NCBI GenBank assembly: GCA_013239625.1
Contig: MU054117.1
Coordinates: 3,524,677 to 3,588,676 of the forward strand
Source of the DNA: Lama guanicoe
Taxonomy: Eukaryota
Length of the DNA stretch: 64,000 nucleotides
Reading direction: 5' to 3'
The position numbers and the translations under genes were made by a program. The notes below the pieces were generated by a model, which had not been told where the DNA came from, searched no databases, and saw only the letters and a list, made by a program, of their open reading frames with translations. Numbering within the stretch: position 1 is the stretch's first letter; every line of letters begins with the position of its first letter. Shown here one piece after another: positions 1 through 16,699 of the stretch.

Positions 1-324
1 CCATCCTTTTCACTCTTTTCCTTTAAGAAAATAGGTGACAGTCTTTATCTTTACGTTGGTAATCTAAAACCAAAACACATTATGTACGTTATGCACGATG
101 GGGTTGACTTAAAAGATGATGTGAGAGCAAAGCCCGTTTCACACATGGCACATGAAAGCCGTGCTTTTCAGGTTTTTCCATCAGTCTAAAGCGTTTGTGA
201 ATACAAGCCTCTCTGCTAATTGCTACGTGCCAAAACAGCTGTCTGTTTTACAGAGTGGAAAAAAACGCAGAGACAGAACTTGCCAAGGACTCTTAGAGAC
301 GTGTCCAGAGTTGGAGCCCCGTGC

Positions 325-485
325 TCCGTCCTCTGGCCCAGACTGGAACTTGCACACAAATCACCTGGGGGGTTGGCTAAAGCGAAGCCGGGTTCAGCAG
401 GTCAGTCGTGCAGCCTGAGACCCTGCACTGGTCACAAGCCCCCGGGAGACGCCAGCGCTGCTGGTCCAGAGACCGCAGGGTGGCG
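325..485. mobile_element. MER5A-like hAT-Charlie MITE remnant
   Basis: aatcacctgggg…ttcagcaggtc…gcctgaga…ctgca…acaagccccc…gctgctggtcc pattern. Confidence 0.55.
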
Positions 486-1472
486 AGCCTGTCCATGGCC
501 CAGGTTCTCGTTTGCGCCCAGCGCAGCCTAGGCTGGATGTTACGCAGTCCTGCGTCCTCCCAGGCGTCAGGCAACCCAGGGAAGTCAGGTACGGGGTTGC
601 TGATACCACTCACTGAACAGAGAAAGCCTCCTCCTCCGTCACCATCTAAGGGGATGAGGCTTTTCACAGCTAATGCCAGCCTCTCGCGCCGGCCCTTCTG
701 CTTAGCTGGCAAATGCCAGTGCTCCGCTCTGCTTGATTAAGAGGGAATAATCAAAGCCCCAAGTGTGTGTGTTTGTGTGGGGGGTGTCTCTCTCAATAGC
801 CCCACACGAGCAAGCAGCAGCAGCGGCTGCATACACAGAAGCTTTCCAGGCTCAGAATCTCCCTCCAGGGAGCAGTTGCCAAGGCCTACGCTGGGGGAAG
901 AAGGGGGCCAGAAGCGCCCTTACCTTCACCGGCACTGCAGTAACAAGTGTGTCCCCCACCTTCAGCCTTACTTCGCAACTGATCCAGAGCTTAGGGGGAG
1001 GGGAAGAGGGGTGTTGCGTGTTGAATCCCTACAAATCCCCGACCCCCCCAGACCACCAGCTGAGGGAGTAATGACAGGCTGAAAAGTCCAGAAACCTAGA
1101 TCCGTCACCCCTTACCCCCTCAGCCCACCTCCGGGATGTGTCCCTTTGGCTCCCTCTTCTCTGGGCAGGGCTGTCCCATCCAGAATTCAGCCTGAGCCCA
1201 GACCTTCATCTGATTCTTTCGCCAAGTCTCTTGGAGCTTCCTTACCTGTGTATTCACATACAGGTGTGCAGAAAAAAGAGACAAATCATATATTTGTCTG
1301 TGTCTTTTTTCCCCCTTTGCTATGCCCCCTTTGGGGCAAAAATCTAATTTTACTTTATCCATCATCTCTGCCATGAGACATGAGCCTCAAATCCTTACTG
1401 CCCGCCCCCATCCTATACTTCTTGTGGCTAGCCTTCGGCTCGGAGAGAAAATGGAACTTAAAACCCTAATTA

Positions 1473-3863
<2,391 letters not shown>

Positions 3864-3959
3864 CTAGAACAAAGTAAAGACACAGGATATCGAGGACCAC
3901 CTCACAGACCAGCTACAAAAACGGTCGCCTCTCTCAACTCTCAATTGTGCCATCACCCA

Positions 3960-4230
3960 ACAAAAGCACCCGGCATTTACCGAGCGCTCACCACGTACCA
4001 GGCGCTGCTTCAGGTGTTTTAAGACCGTTACCTCATTTAACATTATTCTTGCAGTCAACGTAAGATAGCTCCCTGTTCCCCATGTTTTACAGCAGAGGAA
4101 ACTGAAGACCTGAGAGACGAAGCCGGTTACTTAGCGGAGGTTACACCGCCCGTCACTGGTGGAGGGGCAGTTCCGCCCCGGGCAGCCCGACCCCAGAGCC
4201 CATGGCCTTGGCCACCGCCTTGCATGGCCT
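3960..4230 (-). mobile_element. MIR SINE
   Basis: catttaccgagcgctcaccacgtaccaggc…ttttacagcagaggaaactgaag MIR core. Confidence 0.75.
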
Positions 4231-4779
4231 CTTACAGCACGTGCGCCTCAGATCTGACTGTCATCAGCTGCAGAGCTAGCATTTGTATGGAATCAGATTT
4301 TTTCATGTATTGGTATTAACTGCTATTTCCCATGGTTCATCTGTGTTATTTAGGTCTCTTATTACAAGGATAGTTTTCAAAAAATTAGAAAATTCAGGGA
4401 CAGTTGTGGACGGTTAGCCACTCTGCCAGGCTGCCCGAGCACCACCTTGACAAGCTCGCCAGCTTCCAATGGGCTGTCTGGCGTGACTCAGCAAGCTGCC
4501 ATGTGACTGAGGCGTTAACATCCGTGGAGCACGTGTTGGTTTTGCGTGAACGCAGGCCCTCTGGTGGGCGCTAGCTGCAATAAGCACACGTGCCTGCTCC
4601 TGTCTACGCGCGAGGATCCACTGCCTCCGCTGGGACACAGGCTAAAGGGAGGATGTACGTGAAAGTGTCCTGTTTACCGTCAAATACAAAGGGCCGCTGT
4701 GACTACTGAACTGTGTCTGCGGATGACCACGAGTAGTGCCCATCTTTAAAGGGTAATTCAGTGATTTTAGTTACCGAGC

Positions 4780-4990
4780 GTCATGGATTGCTGGCTACTA
4801 TCTGTTCGGTCGTCACGTGCTCCCCACGCGTGACTTACTTCACACTCATGCCCACCCTGTGAGGTGGGCGTTACTCTTACACCTTCACGGGCGGGAACAC
4901 TGAAGCTCAGAGAAGCTAAATGTTTACGAGCATCTCTCAGCGGGGGCTGGTATTCAAGTCCAGCTCAGGCTGTCAAACTGGCTCTCTGCC
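4780..4990 (-). mobile_element. MIR SINE
   Basis: accctgtgaggtgggc…actgaagctcagagaagctaaatgttt…ctggtattcaagtccag. Confidence 0.6.
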
Positions 4991-7061
4991 CCGGCGGCAC
5001 ACGGCCACGTTCAGACGACTTGGGAAGAGAAGAGCAGCTGGGTCCTACAGGCTGGTGCAAGCTGCCAGGGGACCGCAGAGCTTGGCTCAGAGTCCCCCAC
5101 ACGGTTCTCCTCATTTGAATAACAGATGCCGTGAGGAAGTTCTGTGCCCTCGCAGAAAACCAAGCACGGCACACCCTTCCATGGGTTCTGGTCCTCATTC
5201 TCTCAGAGCTATGTTCTAGCTCTGTAAACTGTAGGTAACCAATAGCGATGCAACGTAATTCTTGTCCAGACACATCACCTGTGACCATGGAGAGTTCAAC
5301 CGGCGTCCTCTCCCACCGTGGGGAAGGCCCACTTTGCCCCCATTTGCACGTCATATTTCTGATCTACATACGTGCCTTTTTCCCTCTGACTCTCCTTTGA
5401 ACTGCACCAGCTTCTTGTTAATGAGTTCAATGAGATCTTTACCATGAGTTTATTTTTATAAACACATGAGAGTCATTACTTCACCCTTCTCTGAAAATGA
5501 CCTTTTAACTGGTTTGGAAGTCTTTGCTGAGCTGTCCAACAGATTCATCTAACAGAGGGAGATGTCACCACGACAACAGTGTGCCAGCTGCATCTTTTCC
5601 TGGTCCCTAGAGGTGGATCCAAGGGGTAACAGGGCTTTGCAGATGTTCTATTTTTCTAGTTTTAACTTTCCTCTCTGCTAACTTAGCCTTTCATTTCCAC
5701 TTTGGCTCTTCCATGGCCAATAATGATTGGTGGTAGCAATAACTGAAAATTTGTTTTTTTTTTTTACTTTGAATGGGCCATACTTTCCTGTTTCTTTATA
5801 TGCCTTGTGTTTTTTTTTTGTTGTTGTTGAAAACTGGACATTTGAATCTACTGGCTAAAAGTTTAGAATCGAGGCTCTAAGCTGTTTATCAGTGTTTGTA
5901 TCATTATGTGTCTGCCGTTCAGAAAGGCATTAAGTGGAAGTAGTAATATCTTCCTACCTCCACGTGGTAGTAATAAGTTAGACTCCAACATCTCTTAAAT
6001 AAAAGAATCTCTATTCTGATCGGAAAAAGTATTCTTATAGAACCTAACTCAAATATTTTAGAAACCTAAGTTCACTTAAGTACATTTTTGGTAAGCAGGA
6101 TTAGTTTAATAATGTTGGCTTAATAAAAACAGCTACATCTTTTCTGATTTATCAGAAAAATCAACATTTTACCCTTTTTTTGAAAATTATTCCGTAATAC
6201 TACCTACTTTTACAGGCAGGCACACAACTTGCAAGCAGGCACGTGTGCATCACTGGGCTGTGACACCCAGAGGAAGGTCTTATTGCGGTGCAGGCGTGGC
6301 GCTTATTCTTTCATCCATTTCAATTCTTTCCACAGAACATTAAGGAAAGAACCCATAGCACAGCATAGCACTCAATGATGGAGTCCAAAGGGTTGTGCAG
6401 CTTCGTGTATTTTCGGTTTTTAATTCTGTGTTTCTTACACTAAAGTGTGTGCACCCTGTGTGCATTATTCCACTCGATCCAGAAGAACTTCGCAGAAGTG
6501 GCCGATGAAGCCAAGGTGACTGCCAGAAAGTCTAACCCCGCTTCCTTTTCTATGCATGGAGTCGACAATCACGCACCCATCCTCCCCAAACCTTCTGCTC
6601 TCCTGCGTCCTTATCTTTCCTTTCTTTATGCACTAGTATCCTGAGCAGCTGGGGAAGGTGGGTGCCCAGTTATTTCTGAATCTTTCCTAATTAAGAACAG
6701 GGACATTTTTCACGGCCCTGAAGGGGAGGCTTAAGGGGTTTAATGCTCTCTCCTCAGTCGTCCTCGGATGCAGGACCTACTGCTAAGTCAACACACAACC
6801 CCGCTGTCCTGTTCCCCTTCACCTCTAGCCCACTTTATAAAAATTTCCTGACCATCTCCCGCTTCGAAATGATCTGTTCTTTAAACATCTACAGCAACTA
6901 TTGTCTAGAAAATTCATTTGGCAAATTATCATGAACTTCTTTTAATTAGTGTCCACTAATTATTTAGAGCTTTTAAATTCTATTTGTATTTTCACATATT
7001 TATTTTTTTATTTTCCCAAATGAATGCTAAGGTCTATGAGGGCAGAAATTGTTTTGTTCTT

Positions 7062-8030
7062 AGGTCATATGGCTCAATATCAAAAAAAAAATTGACCTAA
7101 TCAAAAAATGGGCAGAATATCTAAATAGATATCTCTCCAAAGAAGACACACAGATGGCCAACAGGCACATGAAAAGATGCTCAGCATCGCTAATTATCAG
7201 AGAAATGCAATTCAAAACTACAATGAGGTATCATCTCACACCAGTCAGAATGGCCATCATCAAAAAGTCTATAAGCAATAAATGCTGGAGAGGGTGTAGA
7301 GGAAAAGGAACCTCCTACAGTTGGTGGGAATGTAAATTGGTGCAGCCCCTATGGAGGGCAGTATGGAGGCTCCTGAAAAAACTAAAAGTAGAGCTACCAT
7401 ATGATCCAGCAATCCCACCCCTGGGCATACACCCAGAGGAAATTATAATTTGAAAAGATACATGCACCCCAATGTAGCAGCACTGTTTACAGTAGCCAAG
7501 ACATGGTAGCAACCTAAGTGTCCATCGACAGATGACTGGATCAAGAAAATGTGTTATATACATATACAATGGAATACTACTCAGCCATAAAAAGAATAAA
7601 ATAATGTCATTTTGCAGCAACATGGATGGACTCAAGCTGATCATATTAAGTGAAGTAAGTCAGAGTAAGATAAACATCATATAATATCACTTTTATGTGG
7701 AATCTAAAAAAATGACACAGATGAATTTACCTATAAAATAGATGTAGACTCATAGACATAGGAAGCAAACTTACGGTTACCAAAAGGGAAAGCAGGGGAG
7801 GGATAAATTAGGAGTTTGGGATTAGCAGATACACATGACTATACATAAAATAAATAAATAAAAGGACCTATTGTATTTCACAGAGAACTAAATTCAATGT
7901 CTTGTAAGAACCTATAATGGAAAAGAATCTGAAAAAGAATATATATTATATATGTATAATTATATATATTCTTTGCTATATACTTGAAACGAACACAGTA
8001 TAAATCAATTATATTTTAATTTAAAAAATA
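7062..8030 (+). mobile_element. 5'-truncated LINE-1 (ORF2 C-terminus and 3'UTR), antisense to AKAP3
   Basis: ORF 7154-7453 ([34 protein letters not shown]…PYDPAIP) is the L1 ORF2 C-terminus; A/T-rich tail; flanking TTTTGTTCTT direct repeat. Confidence 0.95.
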
Positions 8031-9253
8031 TTTTGTTCTTTTTTGCATCCCCCAGAGTGCTTCTCACTTACTGAAAAGTCAACACATTTCTGCTAATTTT
8101 GATATCAAAACTCCACCTGCCTTTTCCTTTTCTAGACGAAAGGGCAGAGGTAAATAAAGGCTCTAGTGGAAGCAGTCTTGGTTAGCACTTACTCCACAGC
8201 AATCGGGTGCTTCTACGTGTCTTAGTGCCTCACGTAGATTGGTTAGTGTTTTCTCTCTTGGCCACGTAAAGGCAGACCAAACAGGCTCCCGACGAGCAGG
8301 GGATGGGCCACGGGGCAGGACGCACCAGGAGGTGTTAGGATGAGGATGCCAATGGCGATTCTGTCAGACTGTGAGACCCCCAAAGGGAGAGAACCCTGTC
8401 TCATCTCTGACCCTACGGCTCAGCACAGTGCCTGTGCCAGTTAGCCGTTACGGCCTCTCAGCTCTAAGTCCACCCTTCCTTGTCATGCTCGGTGACTCTG
8501 GCGCTGGACCCTTTACGCTGACGGCGGGCACCGGCTTTGCTGACAGACAGCACGGGAGATACAGGCCTGGTCGTACAGGAGGGAGGGGTCTCCCTTCTGG
8601 CCCACCTGCGCCCGCCAGCCAGCGTCTTCAGCACCACTGGCGGCCTGACGCTGCCCTGCGGCAGCCGCGCTGCCTCCACGGACATCTGAAGGAGCCTTGG
8701 TCGGGGCGGAGGGCGCCTCTGCGAGCCCTTGGTTTCTTCCCGGTTCACTCCCTCAGCCGGGCGGTAGGAGCTCCTCTCGGCACCTGCTACTTCTGGGGCT
8801 CCTAGGGTCCTCTCTCACGGCTTTCGGAGGTCAGCCTAGCTAACCACCTGTGACGAAGCAGTCTTTTCGTATGAAATGACTGGCGAGGTTTCCATCTGCT
8901 GGCTGGACCCCGACTGCCGGTGCCCGATGCTAAGCAAGCATTCAATCAGTGCTCGCTGAGTGATGAAGGCAGAACGACCACCTCCCCTGGGATGAGAGTT
9001 TACAGTTCTGAGAGTTTTGAGGCACCTCACGGTTCAGAAAAGGCCTTTTGAGGACTCGGGGACATTTCTGTTTGAATCTCTGTTTGAAAGCTAAAGTTTG
9101 ACAGCTCTCATACATAGCTTTTTCACTAATTGTAGCATTTCCCTCCAATTATACACCAATTACAGGACTTCCCCCCTCAAAATCATAGATGGAAGTTTTT
9201 TTTTCTCCCTAAAGGAGCTCATTCTTCCCCCCACCCCAAGAATCCCATCTTCA

Positions 9254-9571
<318 letters not shown>

Positions 9572-11097
9572 CTACTTTCAGACCCACTTAACTCTGGGTC
9601 GCTCATCCTCAGTCCTCAGCTGCAGGCAGGTTTCTCAGGTGTGCGCATCTCCAGCGCAGAGACCAGGGGCTGGTATGGTCTAGCTGCTCAATGCAGATTT
9701 GCTTGTGAACGAACCCAAAGCAGCCACATCCTGCTCTGCGTCCTGACCTGACAACCCTTCCACATCTCGGATTTTCAGTTCCCGCTCCAAGCTCATGATC
9801 AGGCAGAATTAGCTTACTTCTCCCTGTCTGGTCTTGCCCCACCTGCTTTTTAGAGTAATGTATGCTTCACTGGTAATTCTTTTCCAGAGCACCAGCTGAC
9901 TTCCCTTAGCAGGGTGCCGACTATCTCTTCCTCAGGCATAATCTCTCTGCTAACCAGCCAAGGGTCCCGGGGCGGGGTGCTCGGTCTCCACAGCTCAGCC
10001 AAGCTTCTGAACGGCAGGAGGAGAGAGCTGTGGTGGGCGCCATCCAAAGGAGCTCTGCCCGCGGGGGCAGCGGTGCCCTGGCTGCTGCCGACTTTCTCAC
10101 AGCCCTCCAAACTCTTGGCTCTGTTCCCTAATCTCTGTTACAGCCCCACCATCTACATGGTCTTCAAGTCAGAAAGCTGACCCTCAATTTACATGTCTTC
10201 TTCCACCATAAGCCTCTCTCCAGCCACTATACTTCCCTCGTCTCTCATTTGTGGTCATTTTTTCTTGAAAGAAATGCTTACACTGGCGGCTCTCACCGCC
10301 TCACCTCACAGCCGAGCACCTCAGCCCCGATCCCACACGTCCCGTGGCCTTTGGCCCTAGTCTCGGCCACTTGCCGCGGCGCTGCCTCGCACGTAACAGC
10401 TCCTGGAAACACGGCCGACTGTCATGGCGTCTGCCCCCGACCGTCTGTAAGTGTGAGAAGCTTCTTTTCGTCCTTTTTCCATGACCGACTTCCATCACCA
10501 GGCTTCTGCAATCTTTCCCTTCTTTTATGATAAACGTTGCTTAGATCCAGACTTCCCAGTAAGCAAGGTGGAACGAGATGGCCAGTTTTCCTCCCCAGTG
10601 TCCCCCGAACATCTTTGTAAAACAGACATAAACATTCATGTTTTGATTCCAACAAGAACACGACTTTAAAATGCTGGTGTCATAAAGTCCAAAAGCTTAT
10701 CCTCATTTTTTATAGTGAAATTGTGTTTTATGAAGAATTGCTTGAAATAAGTGGAGCATTATGAGGGGCTGAATATCTGCTAAGTTGGAAATATCTGCTT
10801 TAAAGGCCTTTAGGCTGTGGTCAGGATAGACATCTTCCTCCCAAATAAAACCAACACAAAACAGATCACACACATGATTTAAACTTTACTTATAAGTCAA
10901 TTTATTATTTTTGTTAAACATAATATTACGGGTAGTTATTAAAAAGAAAATGTAAGATCTTTCAAGAGCTACCTGTTCTTTGTTCCCAAAAGGATCTGTG
11001 CTGGTTGTGACGCCCCCATCACTAACCCAGACCACTGAGCCAGGGGAACATTTCCTTCACTCTTCCTGACACTGTAACACAATCGACTCCTTGGGTA

Positions 11098-11280
11098 AGC
11101 AGTGTTTTTCCACCCTGATTAGACCTTAGAATCACCCAGAGAACTGTTTAAAAATACTGAATCTGAGACACCAACCCCTAGAGCATCTTGCTTCAATGGT
11201 TTTAGGTAGAAACAGGCACCAAAGTTTTTAAAAGATCTCTGGGTGATTCCAATGTGCATCTAGAATTGAGAATCCCTGGG
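11098..11280. mobile_element. MER5A hAT-Charlie MITE
   Basis: cagtgtttttc…ttagaatcacc…tttaaaaatactga…ggtgattccaatgtgca…ttgagaatccctg. Confidence 0.75.
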
Positions 11281-11756
11281 CTTGGGTTTTTATAGAGAGA
11301 TCCTCTCAGAGAAAGACTTGCTACCTGCAGAAAAATGATTATTTATTCTTTTCTTTGAAATTTTTCTCTGAGACTTCCTAACCTTCTTGGTATCTTAATT
11401 TTTTTTTTAAGCGTAACAAGGAAGCTGTCAATGTCTACGAAGTTACATCCTGTATTGTCTCTCAGCAGCCATTTTATATAAAGATTCTCACGCTTGAATC
11501 ATCACCAGGAAGGAAGGCCTGGGCGTCACTATTACTTGGCCAACGAAAGAGAAGACTTAGAAACAGGAGGTGCTGGACTGTTGACAGTGCAAGTCTCTTA
11601 ATCTCCAGTTTATATTTCATCTTAATGAATTACTCCTACTAGAAAATGACAAAATCAATATGATCTACTGACTTCCTTATTAAGGCTACATACCACCGTT
11701 CACAAGCAAGCATGAAAATGAATTACAGGAAGGGAAGAAACTGCGTAATCACTTAC

Positions 11757-11861
11757 TCTTACTGAGGACAGGTTCTGCGAAATGAGGAAGGCTCTTGATT
11801 AATGTGTTGTCTTCGCTATCCCTAAGTTTACCCACCCTTCCTGCCATGTAACAGAAGGAAT
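11757..11861 (-). other. AKAP3: AKAP3 5'UTR exon (105 nt)
   Basis: Acceptor tttttatttgtgtgtttccattgcAG and donor AGA|GTAAGT; resembles the AKAP3 mRNA leader as I remember it. Confidence 0.75.
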
Positions 11862-14595
11862 CTGCAATGGAAACACACAAATAAAAATGACTGGTTTTAC
11901 AGATGGACTCTCTGGCTCTCATGACCAGATAATGACCTTGGTCTGTTCCTTATTTCTCACACAGTATCCAGGGGTGACGAGCACAAAACGACACCCGCAT
12001 TTAAAGTGCAGACCTCACTCTTGGTGTGGTCTGATGGTTCCTGGGCGGCACCGAAGTCTCATCTTCTGGCCAATAATTTCTGAAATGACTACTCCTATTC
12101 TCCACTTCCCAATCATTGGCAGACAGACATATTTAGCAACGAGGACACTGAAAGTTTTTAGCCTAATCTCAAAGCTGCTTGAATGTGAAGTCAGAAGACA
12201 AGCAGCTGGAATGGAGAATGACTGCCCTGACTTTGTGGGTCTCTGAACACTGTGTATGTGTTCCTTCGAGGACGTGTTATAAAGGGAATTCATAATTCAC
12301 ATTAAAAGCAGCTTCCAGATCAATTATCTTCCTCATATCACCTCCACTAAGACACTTAAATGGAAGACACGAGGGCATCTCATCTTGGCATACCCACCCG
12401 GCCTCCAGTAAGGTCTCTCTAAGCCCCACCCTGACTTCACGGCCCGGGTCAAAGCTCACTTCAGCCAGCATGCTTTCTAAAACCCCTAAATGAATGTGGT
12501 TGCCCCCTTGTCGAAGTTCACATCATATTTGGTTTCACCCTTTCCATCCTATTTAGTATTTTAATTGCTCACAGATGTTTCATGGCTTTTATAAAATGCA
12601 TTTTCTTACTCATCTTGGTGCCCTTTACAGCAGGTAGTATCTTAAAGTTGGTGCTTAATAGTTGTCTGCTGAAACAATGAATATATGAATACTGCCTACT
12701 TCTAATTCCAGATAGCTCAGTGTTTCTTTCTTAAATTGGAGAATCTGAGAACAAAAAAGAAATGGTTTGAGTTTGCTAGGGTGGTGAGTCATACATGCTG
12801 GCTTTCCTGACACTTGACTCCTTTTGGGGAAACATTCAGCCCCAGAGACTCATCGAAGGTGTAAACACTGACCCGGTTTATCAGCAGACCTTCCTACCCA
12901 GTAACACCAACAAGTCAGTGCCTCAGACGCACTTCAGTGCTCCCTGCACGCTCCCTGGTCACACAGGTACAGCAAACACCTCTGCCCACACGGGCCCTGA
13001 CGTTTTAATTCTACGTTCTGTATCTCCTGCATGTCCGTCTGCAGTCATGAAGCTTGTCTTAGACTTTAAGTCCCTAAATCGTCCTGGGTAATAGTGTATA
13101 TAAAGAGGTTCTGAAATACCTTTGCATGGTAAGGATATTCAGACACCTAAAGCCGTACATGTGTCTCATAATGAAAATGGAAAGGCGGGAGGTGGAGATT
13201 AAAGGAGCCAGTGAATGGATTCATCCATTTCTTAACTTCAAACCTGGTGAATGATCCTGGGATCAGGGTGGAAAATAAAAGAGAAAAAGGACGCCTTGCG
13301 TTATCTACCATGTTTGATGAGGAAAGAACGCTAACTGTACACGGGGTGAAGATGAACGGGCTTCAGGAACCGTTCATTCAAACACACTCATTTGGCAGAT
13401 TAGGAAACTGAGGCCCAGGAAGGGAATATTAAGACCAGTAGACAGTCCTTGAAATATTACAGCTCTGCAGGGTAACACTTCGGAAACTACAAAATTTTTC
13501 TATGGCCAGTAGAGGGATCCTGAGGCCAACAGAAAGGCGGACCTAAAATATTCCTTAAAAATGGCAACGTGATTTTTACCTCAATAACTGAGTGCAAATC
13601 TTAAATGCCAGCTGGGGAGGGGTGTGCGTAAACAACACAGGGGCTTGGCTACGGGCGCTGTGCCCCAGACCACAGCTCCATCTCGAGACACGTCTTCCAT
13701 CTTTGTCATGGCAAGAGCTCCTGTTTACTCAAGGTTCCTAAACTCACAGAAAAACCCAAATCACAGGCAGCATACATGGAGATACACACCTGATCATGAT
13801 ATATACCTGACCAAGTTCTGAAGTTTACTCAGCCAATTTTTATTACTAGTTTTAAAAAGGAAGGATGTATTCTGATATGTTCTTTTTTTCTCTCTCACTC
13901 CCTTTCTCTAAGTGTCTAGTGTAGACAATAAATTTGGTTGTTGATAAAATCAATTTTATATGATTTTGTTTAAATAAAAAAAGGTGTGTGTGTCTCTTTC
14001 TCTCCGTGGTACCATTCACTGCAAGTCTTCCATCGTTTCACTTTCCCCCATAAATGACTTCTTCCTCTAGGCCCCACAGTGCAGACCCTTTCTCTCCATA
14101 GCTGCATACACCCTGCCTTCTCCCAGCTCTCTGTCGCCTAGCCGAGGATTCAGAAATAACACTGTGAGGCTGAAAGGAGATAAGAATCGGGACTCAGCTA
14201 TTCTAGTCTGATTTTGCAATTAGAGCACTAGGAAAACAAACAAAACTACTTTTGGAACAGCCACACATGAAAAGGAAAAGCCAGCAGGTTTGCAAGCTTC
14301 CAGTCTCATCGTCAAATTGGGAAGCAAAGACTTAGACCCTCTCATGTCCCCGAGAGGATGGCCAAGGAGGTCTGGTCAATCCCCAACAAAATGAAAACTC
14401 CAACAGCAAAGATGTAGGTTTGGCTGCCATGCTATTGAGGGAGAGGTTCACTTATTTCCAAAAGGTTCTGGTGTAAAATTAAAGTTGACTAGGCAAAGAG
14501 GGAGGCTAGGTTGAACAGTAGAAGTTATCCACCACTTGTCACTGAACTCTCCCTTTTAACCACAGAGGTTTTATCCATCCAGTGGGATCCCCTAC

Positions 14596-14710
14596 CTCTG
14601 CAGCACTGGAAGAGCGAACCACAGAAGACTCCAGAATATCCTCTTAAAGTCAATGAAGACGCTGGGATGTTCTTGCTCAGCTCAAGATCTTGTTTCCTCC
14701 CCCCGCCTTC
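14596..14710 (-). other. AKAP3: AKAP3 upstream 5'UTR exon, likely first exon of a proximal promoter (5' boundary approximate)
   Basis: Donor GAG|GTAGGG at 14595-14594; lies just downstream, on the minus strand, of a palindromic CRE at 14742. Confidence 0.6.
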
Positions 14711-14741
14711 CATGCACCTCCCCCTTGTTGGGACTGGAGAG

Positions 14742-14749
14742 TGACGTCA
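14742..14749. promoter_or_regulatory. Full palindromic CRE (TGACGTCA), candidate CREM/CREB site of the AKAP3 promoter
   Basis: Exact TGACGTCA roughly 30-50 bp upstream of the candidate AKAP3 first exon. Confidence 0.6.
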
Positions 14750-15579
14750 GAATCCCAGCTGGTGAGCTCACTGTCTCTATAGCAACAGTGCTGAGGCCAC
14801 AGAAGTTGAGCGGTCAAAGGACAGGGGAGGGGAGCAGACACCCTCCAAGGCGCTGATGCTTAGTTTGGAAGAACTGGGTTTACTTTCTCCAGACTGACTT
14901 TCTCATTTAAGTGTCTCGTTTTGGTAGGGAATATGGGAGGGGGAGCTTGTGCCAATGGATTCCACTCAAAACAACAAAGTACGTATCATGTGTTAACAAA
15001 CCCAGATGGGTGCGGAGAGTAAGAAATCAAAGAAATGAGGGGCTACCAAAATTTTTTATGCAAAGCCCATAGAATATTTCATTCTGTGGGATTCAGCCTG
15101 GACTCTTAATTATAAGCATCTTCCCTTTTATTAAAAAAAATGTTGAAATATTTTGCCTAAACTGAGCATCTCTGGGTTATCATTGATCTTAGACGGTCTC
15201 AGAGAGATCGCGGCACGAATCCATCCTCTGCAATTCTTGATCTGAGGAACGGCACTGAGATTAACCAGACCAAAAAGCATTCGGTTGGCAATTTCTAGGC
15301 TTAAAGAGGACTTTATTAGTAGCACATCCTCTTTGGAATGTTACCTTAGGTGCTCCGAATGAATCTCTGAGCAAAGCCATAAGATAAAGATTATAATCGT
15401 TACTGAATTCAAAAGGGACTGACTGGTTTGCTACAAGCTTTCTTCAACAAGGGTATTTATCTATTGATCATCTGTTATATTATGTTTCAGTTTATCTTTA
15501 AAATAAAGAAATTGGGTTTGTCAATCTCCTAAGACCCCTTCCAGCTCTGACCTTCCATGACTGTGAGGTTATCAGCGGT

Positions 15580-15785
15580 ATTCGAATAGAACTGTACACG
15601 CACACAGCACTTGGCAGCTGACCTTCACCTCCATGTCATCTGACCCTCACAACAACCTTCTGAGGTAACAGGACAGCTGTGACTTCCCCGTGAGATGGGT
15701 GGAGAAGCTTACCCGGCTCACAGCTCAGAACTGCTGGACAGGCAGTTTTAAGCCCATGCGCTTTCAACAGTATCATGCCTCCGTG
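15580..15785 (-). mobile_element. MIR SINE
   Basis: tcatctgaccctcacaacaaccttctgaggta…gctcacagctcagaactg. Confidence 0.55.
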
Positions 15786-16699
15786 AAACCAGTGCTGAGG
15801 ACCTGAGGCACGGTCTGACTTGGAGATGTAACACAACTGGCAATATTACACTGGAGTTAGGGTGTTGCTAACGATAATGGGGTCTGTCAATTTCTCAGAC
15901 CCCAGAAAGTATGTTTATATTCATACTGACTCCAGAATCAAAGAGCGAAATGTAAGTGCTGGATGAATACAGGATGTGGCCAAGAAATATGAAAGCACAG
16001 CATTATTAAACTTCTCTGATAACGTTTCTTTAAGTGTTTCTTTCCTCTTCCAATTCACTTTGGTAGATGACACTTTCCAAACGGCGGTTGGGGTGCAGTG
16101 GGAACAAGCAATCTTACAAGACTAGTGACATGCAACCTCTACTTACTACGTGTCTTTGGTCCATCCAAGCGATCCACACTCCATTCTTCCTGAAAATGCA
16201 CAGCACTGAAGAAAGGACCAAGTCTAAAAAGATTCCTTCAAACTGGTTTGTTTTCTGATAAGCCCAAAGTAGGTGTCTCTGAACAAGTCACTGGTCTCTG
16301 TTCCTACTCAGGCATCTTGGGAGGCTGCCCCGAAGAAAATATCTAAAAATGCAAGTGGTTACCTAATCTTTCCGGAATTTCCGCAAGCTCGAGATACTAC
16401 TTTCTGGACAATGCAAATTGTCAAAGGGATCCACGGTCAAAAACTAAAATCCAAAAACTTACAAACCGTCGCTCTAGAGAGAGCCATCCTGAATTTCTTC
16501 CTAGATAAGTGTTCAGAGGGCACCCCCCCCCGCTAAATTTCACATGACATTCCAGGAGGCTCACAGACTTCCTGAAGCCCACTCCTGGATCGCAGTCCGA
16601 GTCAGGATCCCTGGGTTCGTATGTCAGGTGGTGAGAGAAGGGCTTTAATAAATTACACTAATTAAAGGACAGATGGAATTATGTGAGAGCCCAGAGAAG

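Noticed and set aside
6200..6560. Possible processed pseudogene in the AKAP3 intron
   Set aside because: No recognisable protein, poly(A) tail or TSD.
12019..12147. Additional AKAP3 5'UTR exon (donor GA|GTGAGG)
   Set aside because: The acceptor pyrimidine tract is weak; unsupported without transcript data.
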